A stretch of 64,000 nucleotides of DNA, taken from NCBI GenBank assembly GCA_964016885.1, contig OZ024743.1, positions 337,156,001 through 337,220,000 on the forward strand. Reading direction: 5' to 3'. This document shows, one piece after another, positions 1-12,006 of this stretch; positions within the stretch are counted from its first letter, which is position 1; each line of letters begins with the position of its first letter. Below the pieces are notes generated by a model. It ran no database searches. It saw nothing but the letters and a program-made list of their open reading frames with translations, and was not told where the DNA came from. This stretch comes from Eledone cirrhosa (taxonomy: Eukaryota). A program made the position numbers and the translations under genes.

Positions 1-3000
1 GTTAAATTTTCCCTGCTGTATTAGCGATAAATTTTCGAGGGTTTCTCTTAGTAGCTTTTTCATGTCGTTAATATTATGATGTTCCCTGCTGTATTAGCGT
101 TAAATTTTCCCTGCTGTATTAGCGATAAATTTTCGAGGGTTTCTCTTAGTAGCTTTTTCATGTCGTTAATATTATGATGTTCCCTGCTGTATTAGCGTTA
201 AATTTTCCCTGCTGTATTAGCGATAAATTTTCGAGGGTTTCTCTTAGTAGCTTTTTCATGTCGTTAATATTATGATGTTCCCTGCTGTATTAGCGTTAAA
301 TTTTCCCTGCTGTATTAGCGATAAATTTTCGAGGGTTTCTCTTAGTAGCTTTTTCATGTCGTTAATATTATGATGTTCCCTGCTGTATTAGCGTTAAATT
401 TTCCCTGCTGTATTAGCGATAAATTTTCGAGGGTTTCTCTTAGTAGCTTTTTCATGTCGTTAATATTATGATGTTCCCTGCTGTATTAGCGTTAAATTTT
501 CCCTGCTGTATTAGCGATAAATTTTCGAGGGTTTCTCTTAGTAGCTTTTTCATGTCGTTAATATTATGATGTTCCCTGCTGTATTAGCGTTAAATTTTCC
601 CTGCTGTATTAGCGATAAATTTTCGAGGGTTTCTCTTAGTAGCTTTTTCATGTCGTTAATATTATGATGTTCCCTGCTGTATTAGCGTTAAATTTTCCCT
701 GCTGTATTAGCGATAAATTTTCGAGGGTTTCTCTTAGTAGCTTTTTCATGTCGTTAATATTATGATGTTCCCTGCTGTATTAGCGTTAAATTTTCCCTGC
801 TGTATTAGCGATAAATTTTCGAGGGTTTCTCTTAGTAGCTTTTTCATGTCGTTAATATTATGATGTTCCCTGCTGTATTAGCGTTAAATTTTCCCTGCTG
901 TATTAGCAATAAATTTTCGAGGGTTTCTCTTAGTAGCTTTTTCATGTCGTTAATATTATGATGTTCCCTGCTGTATTAGCGTTAAATTTTCCCTGCTGTA
1001 CTAGCGATAAATTTTCGAGGGTTTCTCTTAGTAGCTTTTTCATGTCGTTAATATTATGATGTTCCCTGCTGTATTAGCGTTAAATTTTCCCTGCTGTATT
1101 AGCGATAAATTTTCGAGGGTTTCTCTTAGTAGCTTTTTCATGTCGTTAATATTATGATGTTCCCTGCTGTATTAGCGTTAAATTTTCCCTGCTGTATTAG
1201 CGATAAATTTTCGAGGGTTTCTCTTAGTAGCTTTTTCATGTCGTTAATATTATGATGTTCCCTGCTGTATTAGCGTTAAATTTTCCCTGCTGTATTAGCG
1301 ATAAATTTTCGAGGGTTTCTCTTAGTAGCTTTTTTCATGACGTTATTATTGTTAATTTTACTGATGTAGTATTAACTTATTAACTTGGATATTTACCATG
1401 CGGTATTCTAATCCTATTGTATCTCTCTCAGTTATTTACCATGCGACCCTCAGTTCCTACCCCCCCCCCTCTATGCACTTCTTTAAGGCTTACTACCCTG
1501 TCTTTAACCTAATTCATTCAATCTGAAAATATTGAAGAGATAAGACACTTTGCCATTCTTCTCTGCTAAAATGTACCACTAGAGCTGATTCAAATTTTCC
1601 CAGCCAGCCATCCACCTAATCTACGAAGGTATTTTAGCCTACATATTGTCGTTAATATTATGATGTTCCCTGCTGTATTAGCGTTAAATTTTCCCTGCTG
1701 TATTAGCGATAAATTTTCGAGGGTTTCTCTTAGTAGCTTTTTCATGTCGTTAATATTATGATGTTCCCTGCTGTATTAGCGTTAAATTTTCCCTGCTGTA
1801 TTAGCGATAAATTTTCGAGGGTTTCTCTTAGTAGCTTTTTTCATGACGTTATTATTGTTAATTTTACTGATGTAGTATTAACTTATTAACTTGGATATTT
1901 ACCATGCGGTATTCTAATCCTATTGTATCTCTCTCAGTTATTTACCATGCGACCCTCAGTTCCTACCCCCCCCCCCCCTCTATGCACTTCTTTAAGGCTT
2001 ACTACCCTGTCTTTAACCTAATTCATTCAATCTGAAAATATTGAAGAGATAAGACACTTTGCCATTCTTCTCTGCTAAAATGTACCACTAGAGCTGATTC
2101 AAATTTTCCCAGCCAGCCATCCACCTAATCTACGAAGGTATTTTAGCCTACATATTGTCGTTAATATTATGATGTTCCCTGCTGTATTAGCGTTAAATTT
2201 TCCCTGCTGTATTAGCGATAAATTTTCGAGGGTTTCTCTTAGTAGCTTTTTCATGTCGTTAATATTATGATGTTCCCTGCTGTATTAGCGTTAAATTTTC
2301 CCTGCTGTATTAGCGATAAATTTTCGAGGGTTTCTCTTAGTAGCTTTTTCATGTCGTTAATATTATGATGTTCCCTGCTGTATTAGCGTTAAATTTTCCC
2401 TGCTGTATTAGCGATAAATTTTCGAGGGTTTCTCTTAGTAGCTTTTTCATGTCGTTAATATTATGATGTTCCCTGCTGTATTAGCGTTAAATTTTCCCTG
2501 CTGTATTAGCGATAAATTTTCGAGGGTTTCTCTTAGTAGCTTTTTCATGTCGTTAATATTATGATGTTCCCTGCTGTATTAGCGTTAAATTTTCCCTGCT
2601 GTATTAGCGATAAATTTTCGAGGGTTTCTCTTAGTAGCTTTTTCATGTCGTTAATATTATGATGTTCCCTGCTGTATTAGCGTTAAATTTTCCCTGCTGT
2701 ATTAGCGATAAATTTTCGAGGGTTTCTCTTAGTAGCTTTTTCATGTCGTTAATATTATGATGTTCCCTGCTGTATTAGCGTTAAATTTTCCCTGCTGTAT
2801 TAGCGATAAATTTTCGAGGGTTTCTCTTAGTAGCTTTTTCATGTCGTTAATATTATGATGTTCCCTGCTGTATTAGCGTTAAATTTTCCCTGCTGTATTA
2901 GCGATAAATTTTCGAGGGTTTCTCTTAGTAGCTTTTTCATGTCGTTAATATTATGATGTTCCCTGCTGTATTAGCGTTAAATTTTCCCTGCTGTATTAGC

Positions 3001-4108
3001 GATAAATTTTCGAGGGTTTCTCTTAGTAGCTTTTTTCATGACGTTATTATTGTTAATTTTACTGATGTAGTATTAACTTATTAACTTGGATATTTACCAT
3101 GCGGTATTCTAATCCTATTGTATCTCTCTCAGTTATTTACCATGCGACCCTCAGTTCCTACCCCCCCCCCTCTATGCACTTCTTTAAGGCTTACTACCCT
3201 GTCTTTAACCTAATTCATTCAATCTGAAAATATTGAAGAGATAAGACACTTTGCCATTCTTCTCTGCTAAAATGTACCACTAGAGCTGATTCAAATTTTC
3301 CCAGCCAGCCATCCACCTAATCTACGAAGGTATTTTAGCCTACATATTGTCGTTAATATTATGATGTTCCCTGCTGTATTAGCGTTAAATTTTCCCTGCT
3401 GTATTAGCGATAAATTTTCGAGGGTTTCTCTTAGTAGCTTTTTCATGTCGTTAATATTATGATGTTCCCTGCTGTATTAGCGTTAAATTTTCCCTGCTGT
3501 ATTAGCGATAAATTTTCGAGGGTTTCTCTTAGTAGCTTTTTCATGTCGTTAATATTATGATGTTCCCTGCTGTATTAGCGTTAAATTTTCCCCTGCTGTA
3601 TTAGCGATAAATTTTCGAGGGTTTCTCTTAGTAGCTTTTTCATGTCGTTAATATTATGATGTTCCCTGCTGTATTAGCGTTAAATTTTCCCTGCTGTATT
3701 AGCGATAAATTTTCGAGGGTTTCTCTTAGTAGCTTTTTCATGTCGTTAATATTATGATGTTCCCTGCTGTATTAGCGTTAAATTTTCCCTGCTGTATTAG
3801 CGATAAATTTTCGAGGGTTTCTCTTAGTAGCTTTTTCATGTCGTTAATATTATGATGTTCCCTGCTGTATTAGCGTTAAATTTTCCCTGCTGTATTAGCG
3901 ATAAATTTTCGAGGGTTTCTCTTAGTAGCTTTTTCATGTCGTTAATATTATGATGTTCCCTGCTGTATTAGCGTTAAATTTTCCCTGCTGTATTAGCGAT
4001 AAATTTTCGAGGGTTTCTCTTAGTAGCTTTTTTCATGACGTTATTATTGTTAATTTTACTGATGTAGTATTAACTTGGATATTTACCATGCGACCCTCAG
4101 TTCCTACC
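1..4108. repeat. 98-bp satellite with higher-order structure (monomer blocks of >=13, 2, 9 and 7 separated by a ~309-bp spacer), abutting the RTE 5' UTR
   Basis: GTTAAATTTTCCC recurs at 1, 99, 197 (period 98). The monomer has an internal duplication of TTCCCTGCTGTATTAGCG(T/A)TAAATTTT. Near-identical spacers lie at ~1339-1647, ~1846-2157 and ~3041-3348; a shortened spacer at 4037-4108 runs into the RTE leader. Confidence 0.95.
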
Positions 4109-7100
4109 TCACAATTTCCCTCCCCCCCACCCCCACACACCACCATAGTCTATTCGACCAATCAAACCTAGCATGCCATTTCCACTGCTGCTGCTGCTAC
4201 TACCTGCCTAACTAACTCTCTCCTCCTCTGGCGCATCCCAACACACCCTGCCATTACCCCACCACCACTGTCCTTCTAGCCCTCAATTTTCCCACCGTTA
4301 TGGATGGATGAGCTGGGAATACACGAGCAACTCTGAATCAATAGATGAAATATGAATCTGCGAGCTACCAAGCACCCACGTGAAGCGCCAACCCAGAGAC
4401 CCTCCCCTACGAGTGTCGACAAATGCCCAAAACTCCGAGTTGGTACCATCAATGTAGGCTCAATGAAAGGAAGAGCAGGAGAAATCGTAGAAATGCTAGA
4501 GCGAAAGGAAGTTGATGTATGCTGTGTGCAAGAGACTAGATGGAGAGGAGGGTCTGCTAGAGTCCTTGTAGGAAAAAGCCAGTGCTACAAATTTTTCTGG
4601 GTGGGAAATGACGATGGGATGGGTGGTGTAGGTATACTATTAGCTGACAAGTGGGTAGATAAAGTAATCTCAGTGTACAGGGTAAATGCAAGAATCATTA
4701 AACTCAGACTAGTCCTGAATAAGACAATTACCACAATAATATCAGCTTACGCACCCCAATCGGGGCTGCCAGACGAACTTAAGGATAGGTTTTACGAGTC
4801 CCTAATACACACTACTGCTCTAACAGACGACAAGGACTTCCTAATCATTGCAGGAGATTTTAACGGACACGTAGGTAAACACTGCGACGGCTTCAATAGA
4901 GTACATGGAGGCCATGGAGTTGGCACAAGGAATGAGGAAGGATTCAGACTTCTAGAATTCTGCGACGCCAATGACATGTCGATATGTAACACAAACTTTA
5001 AAAAACCCGACAACCACCTGATCACCTATAGATCAGGGGAGCACTCTAGTCAGTTAGATTTTATCCTCATCAGAGGACGTGACAGATGGACGGTCGTAAA
5101 CACAAAAGCCTTCCCTAGTGAGGAATGTACATCCCAACATAGCTTAGTTGTCAGCGACCTCACGGTCAGAACTAGACGAGCCCTGAAACAGAGGCCAACC
5201 TGGAGAAGAAAGATCTGGAAGCTGAAAGTCCCCTCAACCAGTAACAGATTTAAAGATATTTTACTCAACGCCTACGACAGTAAAGAAGAACAGATAGAGA
5301 CATTTAACGTAGAAGAGAACTGGGAGTTCCTAAAAAATAACTTACTAGAGGCGACGGATGAGGTTTGTGGCTGGAGTAAGACCTCAAGCAGGAGGAGAGT
5401 GACTTGGTGGTGGAACAATAAGGTAGATGAAGCAGTCAAGGCCAAGAGACAGGCATGGAAAGAATGGAAGAACGGGGGGAGCAGGGTACATTACATAGAG
5501 ACCAAGAGGGAAGCTAGGCGACAAGTATACTTAGCTAGGAGGGAAGCAGAGGATAGAAAATTCAAGCATGTTTTACAACGTGAGGACCAGAAACAGGAGG
5601 TATTCAAGATTGCGAGGCAGTGTGTCAGAGATAGTTGTGATGTCATTGGAGAGAAGTGTATCCGGAATGATAAAGGTGAGCTTGCCCTCACAAGTGCTGA
5701 GAAGAAAGATGCATGGAAGAGTCATTATGATAGATTACTAAATGAGGAGAATGCATGGGAAGAAGAGACCCTACCCCACGTAGACCCTATAGAGGGACCA
5801 GCAGTACAAGTCAGCGGCAGCGTAGTAAGTAAGGCAATCAGAGATATGAAGATAGGGAAGGCAACCGGTCCATCGGGTATAGCTGCCGAGATGCTGAAGG
5901 CATCTGGGTCTGTAGGTCACACTATAACCACACGTATCGTTAACCAGGTAATACTAGAGGGGGCCATACCAAAAGATTGGTGCAGTAGCATCATTGTCAA
6001 CTGCTACAAAGGTAAAGGCGATGCACTAGATAGAGGAAACTATAGAGGTATAAAGTTGATGGACCAGGTCATGAAAGTAACAGAAAGAGTTATAGCACAG
6101 CTGATTAGGGACCGGGTGAATATAGAGGAGATGCAATTTGGGTTTGTTCCAGGGAAAGGCACCACTGATGCGCTCTTCCTTGTGAGGCAATTACAGGAAA
6201 AGTACCTAGCTAAAAGTAAGCCACTCTACTTGGCATTTGTCGACCTTGAGAAAGCCTTTGACAGAGTTCCACGTGCAGTAATCTGGTGGGCTCTTAGAAA
6301 ACTAGGAGTAGATGAATGGCTTGTGAAAGCGGTACAAGCCATGTATAGGGGAGCAGTCAGCAAAGTTAGGATTGGCAATGAGTATAGCGAGGAATTTAGC
6401 GTACAGGTTGGGGTCCACCAGGGCTCTGTTCTTAGCCCTCTCCTGTTCATCATAGTCCTGCAGGCAATAACGGAGGAGTTTAAGACCGGATGCCCATGGG
6501 AACTCCTGTATGCTGATGACCTCGCACTCATAGCTGAATCTATGGTAGAACTAGAGAATAAATTCCAAACCTGGAAGCAGGGACTAGTGAGAAAGGGCCT
6601 CAAAGTCAACATGACAAAGACTAAGGTCCTTATAAGTAGACGAGAAAACAGAACCCAGATCCCCTCAGGGAAATGGCCTTGCTCAGTATGTAGGAAAGGT
6701 GTAGGTAGGAACTCCATTCTTTGCCCCAAATGCAAACAATGGGTACACAAGAGATGTAGCGGGATCTCAGGAAGCTTAATTAAGAATGTAGGATTCACAT
6801 GCAGCAGCTGTGCTGAAACAGCAAGCAAACAGCCACAGGAAACAAGTACCACCAATCTCTGGGAGGGCCCTGTAGAAACAGTAGACAGCTTCTGCTACCT
6901 AGGTGACCGAATTAGCAACGGACGTGGGTGCTCAGAAAGTACAATAACTAGGGTAAGAACGGGATGGAAGAAGTTTAGGGAACTACTACCACTGCTAGCT
7001 GCAAAAGGCTTCTCCCTCAGAATGAAAGGCAGACTGTATGATGCGTGTATCCGAACAGCGATGTTGCATGGTAGTGAGACCTGGGCGCTGAAGGTGGAAG

Positions 7101-7765
7101 ACTTACGTAGATTAGAGAGAAACGAAGCCTGCATGCTCCGATGGATGTGTAACAGTAATATACGTGAACGACAAAGCATAAATGAATTGAGAGAGAGACT
7201 GAGCATAAGAGGAATCAAATGCTGCGTGCAGGAGAGGCGGTTACGCTGGTATGGACATGTGATGCGTATGAAGGATGACAGCTGCATAAAAAGGTGCAGA
7301 GCACTAGAAGTTGATGGAAACCGCGGAGTGGGGAGACCCAAGATGACTTGGGATGAGGTGATAAAAGCCGACCTTACCCAACTACACCTCTCAAAGTCAA
7401 TGACACACGACCGTGACTTCTGGCGTCACGCAGTAATACAGGGTACCCGACCTCCCATGGGTACATGCTGAAGCATATAAACAATATGCCCCCCCCCCCC
7501 CCCACCGCAAGGTGGTCGTGGAGGTGCCACGGCAAAAAAGCACCCAGCCCACACTGTAAAGTGGACGTGTAGGCGCCACGAAAAAGCACCCAGCACTCAC
7601 TGTAAATGAAGTTGGTGTTAGGAAGGGCATCCAGCTGTAGAAATCAAGCCAGATCAGTTCCTGTATGAGCAAGGCATGGTCAGCCGACCAGACACTGCCC
7701 ACAACAGGACAACCCGTCTAACCCATGCTAGCGTGGAAGAACGGACGTAAAACGGTGATGATGAT
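4100..7765 (+). mobile_element. Full-length RTE-clade non-LTR retrotransposon (LINE), apparently intact
   Basis: Single EN+RT ORF. The leader CCTACCTCACAATTTCCCTCCC is shared with the copy at 13855-17520. The ~290-bp 3' UTR ends in a (GAT)n tail, typical of RTE elements. Confidence 0.95.
4352..7471 (+). CDS. RTE LINE ORF: APE endonuclease + reverse transcriptase with an inserted PHD finger (1039 aa)
   Basis: APE motifs GTINV, CVQETRW, SAYAPQ, GDFNGH, QLDFIL, SQH. RT motifs NYRGIKL, QFGF, FVDLEKAFD, GVHQGSVLSP, LYADD, FCYLG. C4HC3 motif CSVC..CPKC..HKRC..CSSC. RTE C-terminus RLRWYGHVMR..RGVGRPKxTW. No stops or frameshifts. Confidence 0.95.
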   Translation: MNLRATKHPREAPTQRPSPTSVDKCPKLRVGTINVGSMKGRAGEIVEMLERKEVDVCCVQETRWRGGSARVLVGKSQCYKFFWVGNDDGMGGVGILLADKWVDKVISVYRVNARIIKLRLVLNKTITTIISAYAPQSGLPDELKDRFYESLIHTTALTDDKDFLIIAGDFNGHVGKHCDGFNRVHGGHGVGTRNEEGFRLLEFCDANDMSICNTNFKKPDNHLITYRSGEHSSQLDFILIRGRDRWTVVNTKAFPSEECTSQHSLVVSDLTVRTRRALKQRPTWRRKIWKLKVPSTSNRFKDILLNAYDSKEEQIETFNVEENWEFLKNNLLEATDEVCGWSKTSSRRRVTWWWNNKVDEAVKAKRQAWKEWKNGGSRVHYIETKREARRQVYLARREAEDRKFKHVLQREDQKQEVFKIARQCVRDSCDVIGEKCIRNDKGELALTSAEKKDAWKSHYDRLLNEENAWEEETLPHVDPIEGPAVQVSGSVVSKAIRDMKIGKATGPSGIAAEMLKASGSVGHTITTRIVNQVILEGAIPKDWCSSIIVNCYKGKGDALDRGNYRGIKLMDQVMKVTERVIAQLIRDRVNIEEMQFGFVPGKGTTDALFLVRQLQEKYLAKSKPLYLAFVDLEKAFDRVPRAVIWWALRKLGVDEWLVKAVQAMYRGAVSKVRIGNEYSEEFSVQVGVHQGSVLSPLLFIIVLQAITEEFKTGCPWELLYADDLALIAESMVELENKFQTWKQGLVRKGLKVNMTKTKVLISRRENRTQIPSGKWPCSVCRKGVGRNSILCPKCKQWVHKRCSGISGSLIKNVGFTCSSCAETASKQPQETSTTNLWEGPVETVDSFCYLGDRISNGRGCSESTITRVRTGWKKFRELLPLLAAKGFSLRMKGRLYDACIRTAMLHGSETWALKVEDLRRLERNEACMLRWMCNSNIRERQSINELRERLSIRGIKCCVQERRLRWYGHVMRMKDDSCIKRCRALEVDGNRGVGRPKMTWDEVIKADLTQLHLSKSMTHDRDFWRHAVIQGTRPPMGTC

Positions 7766-7911
7766 TTGTACAAATAGTGATGATAATAATAATAAAAAGG
7801 GGAAAAAAAATTAATTTTCACATTAATGTTCATTCAGAGAAGAGAGTTCATTTCTCTGTCCATCCCTCTGTGTTAATAGCTTGGTTATGTCTGTCATGTA
7901 TATATATATAT

Positions 7912-10900
7912 ATCATCATCATCATCATCATCATCGTCCATCTTCCATGCTAGCATGGGTTAGACAGGAGTTGTCCCACTTGAGGCAAGGTTGGTCGGGT
8001 GACCGTGTCTCGCTCATATAGGACTATCTGACAGGTTTTCTACGGCTGGATGCCCCTCCTAACACCAACCACATTACAGCGTGGACTGTGTGTTTTTTTT
8101 GTCGTGACACCTACACGATCTCGATCTCATTATCTCATTTATTTGGACTGGATGTTGTGGTACCAACTTTATAGAGAGAGGGTGGTGTTGGTGGGAGTGG
8201 GAGGATAGAATAGGGGTAGTGGATTGGGGTGTATATTTGGTTAAGACGTGCCTACTGACTGTAGGTTTTGCTTTGTACATAGGCAAGACGAGTCTTCTGT
8301 ATTACTGCGTAGCGCCAAAGATCTCGGTCCAGTGACATTGTCTTAGAGAGGTGCAAGTGTGTAAGGTCGGAATTTATCAGATCGTCCCAGGTTTTTTGGG
8401 GTCTACCTCCTCCATAACTGCCATCAATTTTGATCGCCCTGCACTTTTTTATACAGCTGTCGTCTTTCATGCGCATCACGTGACCATACCAACGTAGTCT
8501 TCTCTCAAGTAAACAGCTTCTGATTCTTCTTATTCCTAATTTTTCACTGAGTTCATTTATGCTTTGCCGTTCATGTATATTACGATCACACATCCAATGG
8601 AGCATGCATGCTTCGTTCCTTTCCAGTCTGCGCAGGTCCTCTGCACGCAATGCCCATGTCTCACTGCCATGTAGCATTGCTGTTCATATACAGGCATCAT
8701 ACAATCTGCCTTTCATTTTTAGAGAGAAACCTTTTGTGGCCAACAGCGGTATAAGCTCTCTGAACTTTTTCCATTCCGTTCTGACTCTGGCTACTGTACT
8801 TTCAGAAAACCCTCCACCACTGCTGATTTTGTCACCCAGGTAACGGAAAGTGTCGACTATTTCTATAGAACCATCTGGGCAATAGAAGGAGCTATTATCC
8901 TGTGGGCACTTGCTACTTATTGCACCTGAGTATCGGCCACATATAAAATCTACATTCTTAGATCGTTTACCTGTGATCCCACTACATCTTTTATGTACCC
9001 ATAGTTTGCATTTGGGACATAAAATGGAATTTCTGCCTACTCCTTTCCTACACACTGAGCATGGCCATTTCCCTGAGGGCACCTGTGCCCTATTTTCCTT
9101 TCTACAAACTAGAACTTTAGTCTTAGACAAGTTAACTTTAAGGTCTTTTGATTCTAGGCCATTCTTCCATGTTTGGAATTTCTTCTCTAGTTCAGCCATA
9201 GATTCAGCTATGAGAGTTAGATCATCTGCGTATAGGAGTTCCCATGGGCAGCCGGTCTTAAAATCCTGTTATAGCCTGAAGGGCAATAATAAATAGGAGG
9301 GGGCTAAGGACAGAGCCTTGATGAACACCAACTTTTACACTAAATTCTTCACAATATTCATTGTTAATTCTAACCTTACTGACTGTTTCTTTATACATAG
9401 CTTGTATAGCTCTCACAAGCCATTCATCTACACCTAGTTTTCTAAGAGCCCACCAGATAATGGAGCGGGGGACTCTGTCAAAGGCTTTCTCCAGATCTAC
9501 AAAAGCTAAGTAGAGGGGTTTACTTTTAGCTAGGTACTTCTCCTGTAGTTGTCGTACAAGGAAAAGAGTGTCTGTGGTACTTTTACCTGACACAAACCCA
9601 AACTGCATTTCATCTAGATCAATTCGCTCTCTGATTAGTTGCGCTATAACTCTTTCTGTGACCTTCATGACCTGGTCAACTAACTTAATGCCTCTATAGT
9701 TTCCCCTATCTAGAGCATCCCCTTTACCCTTGTAGCAGTTAATGATGATGCTGCTACGCCAGTCTTTTGGTACGACCCCATTTTGTATGACTTGATTAAC
9801 TATACAGGTGACCATAGTATGAACCACCATTCCAGATGCCTTCAACATCTCAGCAACTATCTCCGAAGGCCCAGCTGCCTCGCCTGTCTTCATATTTTTG
9901 ATCGCCTTACTTGTTATACTACCTTTAACTTGCAATGCTGGTCCTTCTATTGGATCGATTTGGGGCAGACTATCTTTTTCCCATTTATTCTCCTCATTTA
10001 ATAGTCTCTCATAGTGACACATTTTTGGTCCTCACGTTGTAGAACATGCTTGGACTTTCTATCCTCTGCTTCCCTTTTTGCAAGGTACACTTGTCTCCTA
10101 GCTTCTCTCCTGGCCACTTGATAGTGTTCTCTACTTCCCCCATCCTGCCATACTTTCCAAGCCTGCTTTTTGGCCTTGATTGTCTCCTCCACCTTACTGT
10201 TCCACCACCAAGTTACTCTCCTCCTGCCAATAGGTCTGCTCCAGCCACAGATTTCATCCGTTACTTTCAAGAATTCCCACTGTTCCTCTATATTGCACGT
10301 CTCTAATTGCTCTTCCTTATTGTCAAAGGCATCAAGTAATAAGCTTTTAAATTTCTCACTGGCTATGGGGTCCTTCAACTTCCATATTCTTCTCCTCAAG
10401 GTAGGCCTCCTCTGTCGTCATGTACATCTATTTCTGACTATGAAGTCACTAACTACTAGGCTATGTTAGGAGGTGCATTCTTAATGGGGGAGGGATTTAG
10501 TGTTTACAACAGACACTTTGTCACTTTGTCTTCTAGTAAGGATATAATCTATCTGGCTGTTGTGTTCCCCTGATCTATAGGTGATCAAGTGGTTTTCTCG
10601 TTTTTGGAAGTTTGTGTTACAGATAGTTAGGTTATTAGCGTCACAGAATTCCAGGATTCTGAAACCCTCCTCATTTCTATTTCCAACCTCATAGCCTCCA
10701 TGGATTCCATCATAGCCATCACTATGTTGTCCAATGTGACCGTTTAGGTCACCATCAATAATTAAGTAGTCGCTGTCAGTTATTTGGGTGGTAGTGTGCA
10801 TTAGCGTCTCATAGAACCTGTCCTTTATAACGTCAGGTAGACCAGATTGGGGTGCATAAGCGGATATTATTGTCACAGTAGTTCTATTTAGAACTAGTCT

Positions 10901-11220
10901 TATTTTAATTATTCTGTCATTCACTCTATTTACGTCAATTACCTTATCTACCCATTTTTCAGCTAACATAATTCTTATACCACCCAGTCCGTTGTCATTT
11001 CCCACCCAGAAAAGTTTATAGCATCGTTTTTTACCCACTATGAATCTGGGAGACCCACCTCTCCACCTAGTCTCTTGAACACAACAAACATCAACTACTT
11101 TACGTTCAAGCATCTCTACAACCTCATTTGAGCGAACTTTCAATGTTCCTACGTTCATGGTACCAACTCTGAAGTTGGGAGGGTGGGATGGATGGGTTGG
11201 AGGGGCAGGGAGGGTTGTGG
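7912..11220 (-). mobile_element. Degenerate near full-length RTE LINE (sister subfamily), tail-to-tail with the intact copy
   Basis: Frameshifted ORF pieces 10481-11158 (EN), 9998-10399, 9258-10022 (RT), 8684-9199 (PHD) and 8252-8677 align to the 1039-aa ORF. The (CAT)n tail is at ~7912-7935. Confidence 0.92.
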
Positions 11221-11358
11221 GAGACGGAATTATATATATATATATAAATGAAGTATTTCCGTAGGAAAGGTAAAGGAAAAAAGAGTGCTCTATGTAGGCT
11301 ATCTTATTTTGTTTATTACATAAATATATATATATGTCTTGTAATATTTGTCACAAAA

Positions 11359-11877
11359 TGTGATGCGTATGAAGGATGACAGCTGCATAAAAAGGTGCAG
11401 AGCACTAGAAGTCAATGGAAACCGCGGAGTGGGGAGACCCAAGAAGACCTGGGATGAGGTGATAAAAGCCGACCTTACCCAATTACACCTCTCAAAGGCG
11501 ATGACACACGACTGTGACCTCTGGCGTCACGCAGTAATACAGAGTACCCGACCTCCCATGGGTACAAGCTGACCATATAGACAATATGCCCCCACACCCT
11601 CCCACTGCAAGGTGGTCGTGGGGGAGCCACGGCAAAAAAGCACCCAGCCCACACTGTAAAGTGGACGTGTAGGCACCATGGAAAAAGCACCCAGCACTCA
11701 CTGTAAATGAGGTTGGTGTTAGGAAGGGCATCCAGCTGTAGAAATCAAGCCAAATCAGTTCCTGTATGAGCAAGGCATGGTCAGCCGACCAGACACTGCC
11801 CACAACAGGACAACCCGTCTAACCCATGCTAGCGTGGAAGAACGGACGTAAAACGGTGATGATGATGATGATGATGA
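11359..11877 (+). mobile_element. 5'-truncated RTE copy (ORF end + 3' UTR + (GAT)n tail)
   Basis: Near-identical to 7257-7765. Confidence 0.92.
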
Positions 11878-12006
11878 GGGTGCAGTGCACCCTATTGCTG
11901 CGTTGAGTGTGGCCGAAACTCGAGTCCGGGAACTAATATAGACACCCGTTTACGCGTGTTGTGTTGAAGCGAATAAATATGTGTATACTCCGGAATGTAT
12001 TCTACA

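Noticed and set aside
1-4036. CRISPR-like appearance of the 98-bp array with spacers
   Set aside because: The spacers are near-identical to each other, the context is eukaryotic and there are no cas genes.
4792-7341. Antisense ORFs overlapping the RTE ORF (and equivalents in other copies)
   Set aside because: Shadow ORFs on the opposite strand of a long coding region, with no recognisable motifs.
7766-7911. Additional upstream PRIM2-like exon between the tail-to-tail RTEs
   Set aside because: A CATTCAG acceptor-like site exists, but there is no PRIM2-like translation or convincing donor.
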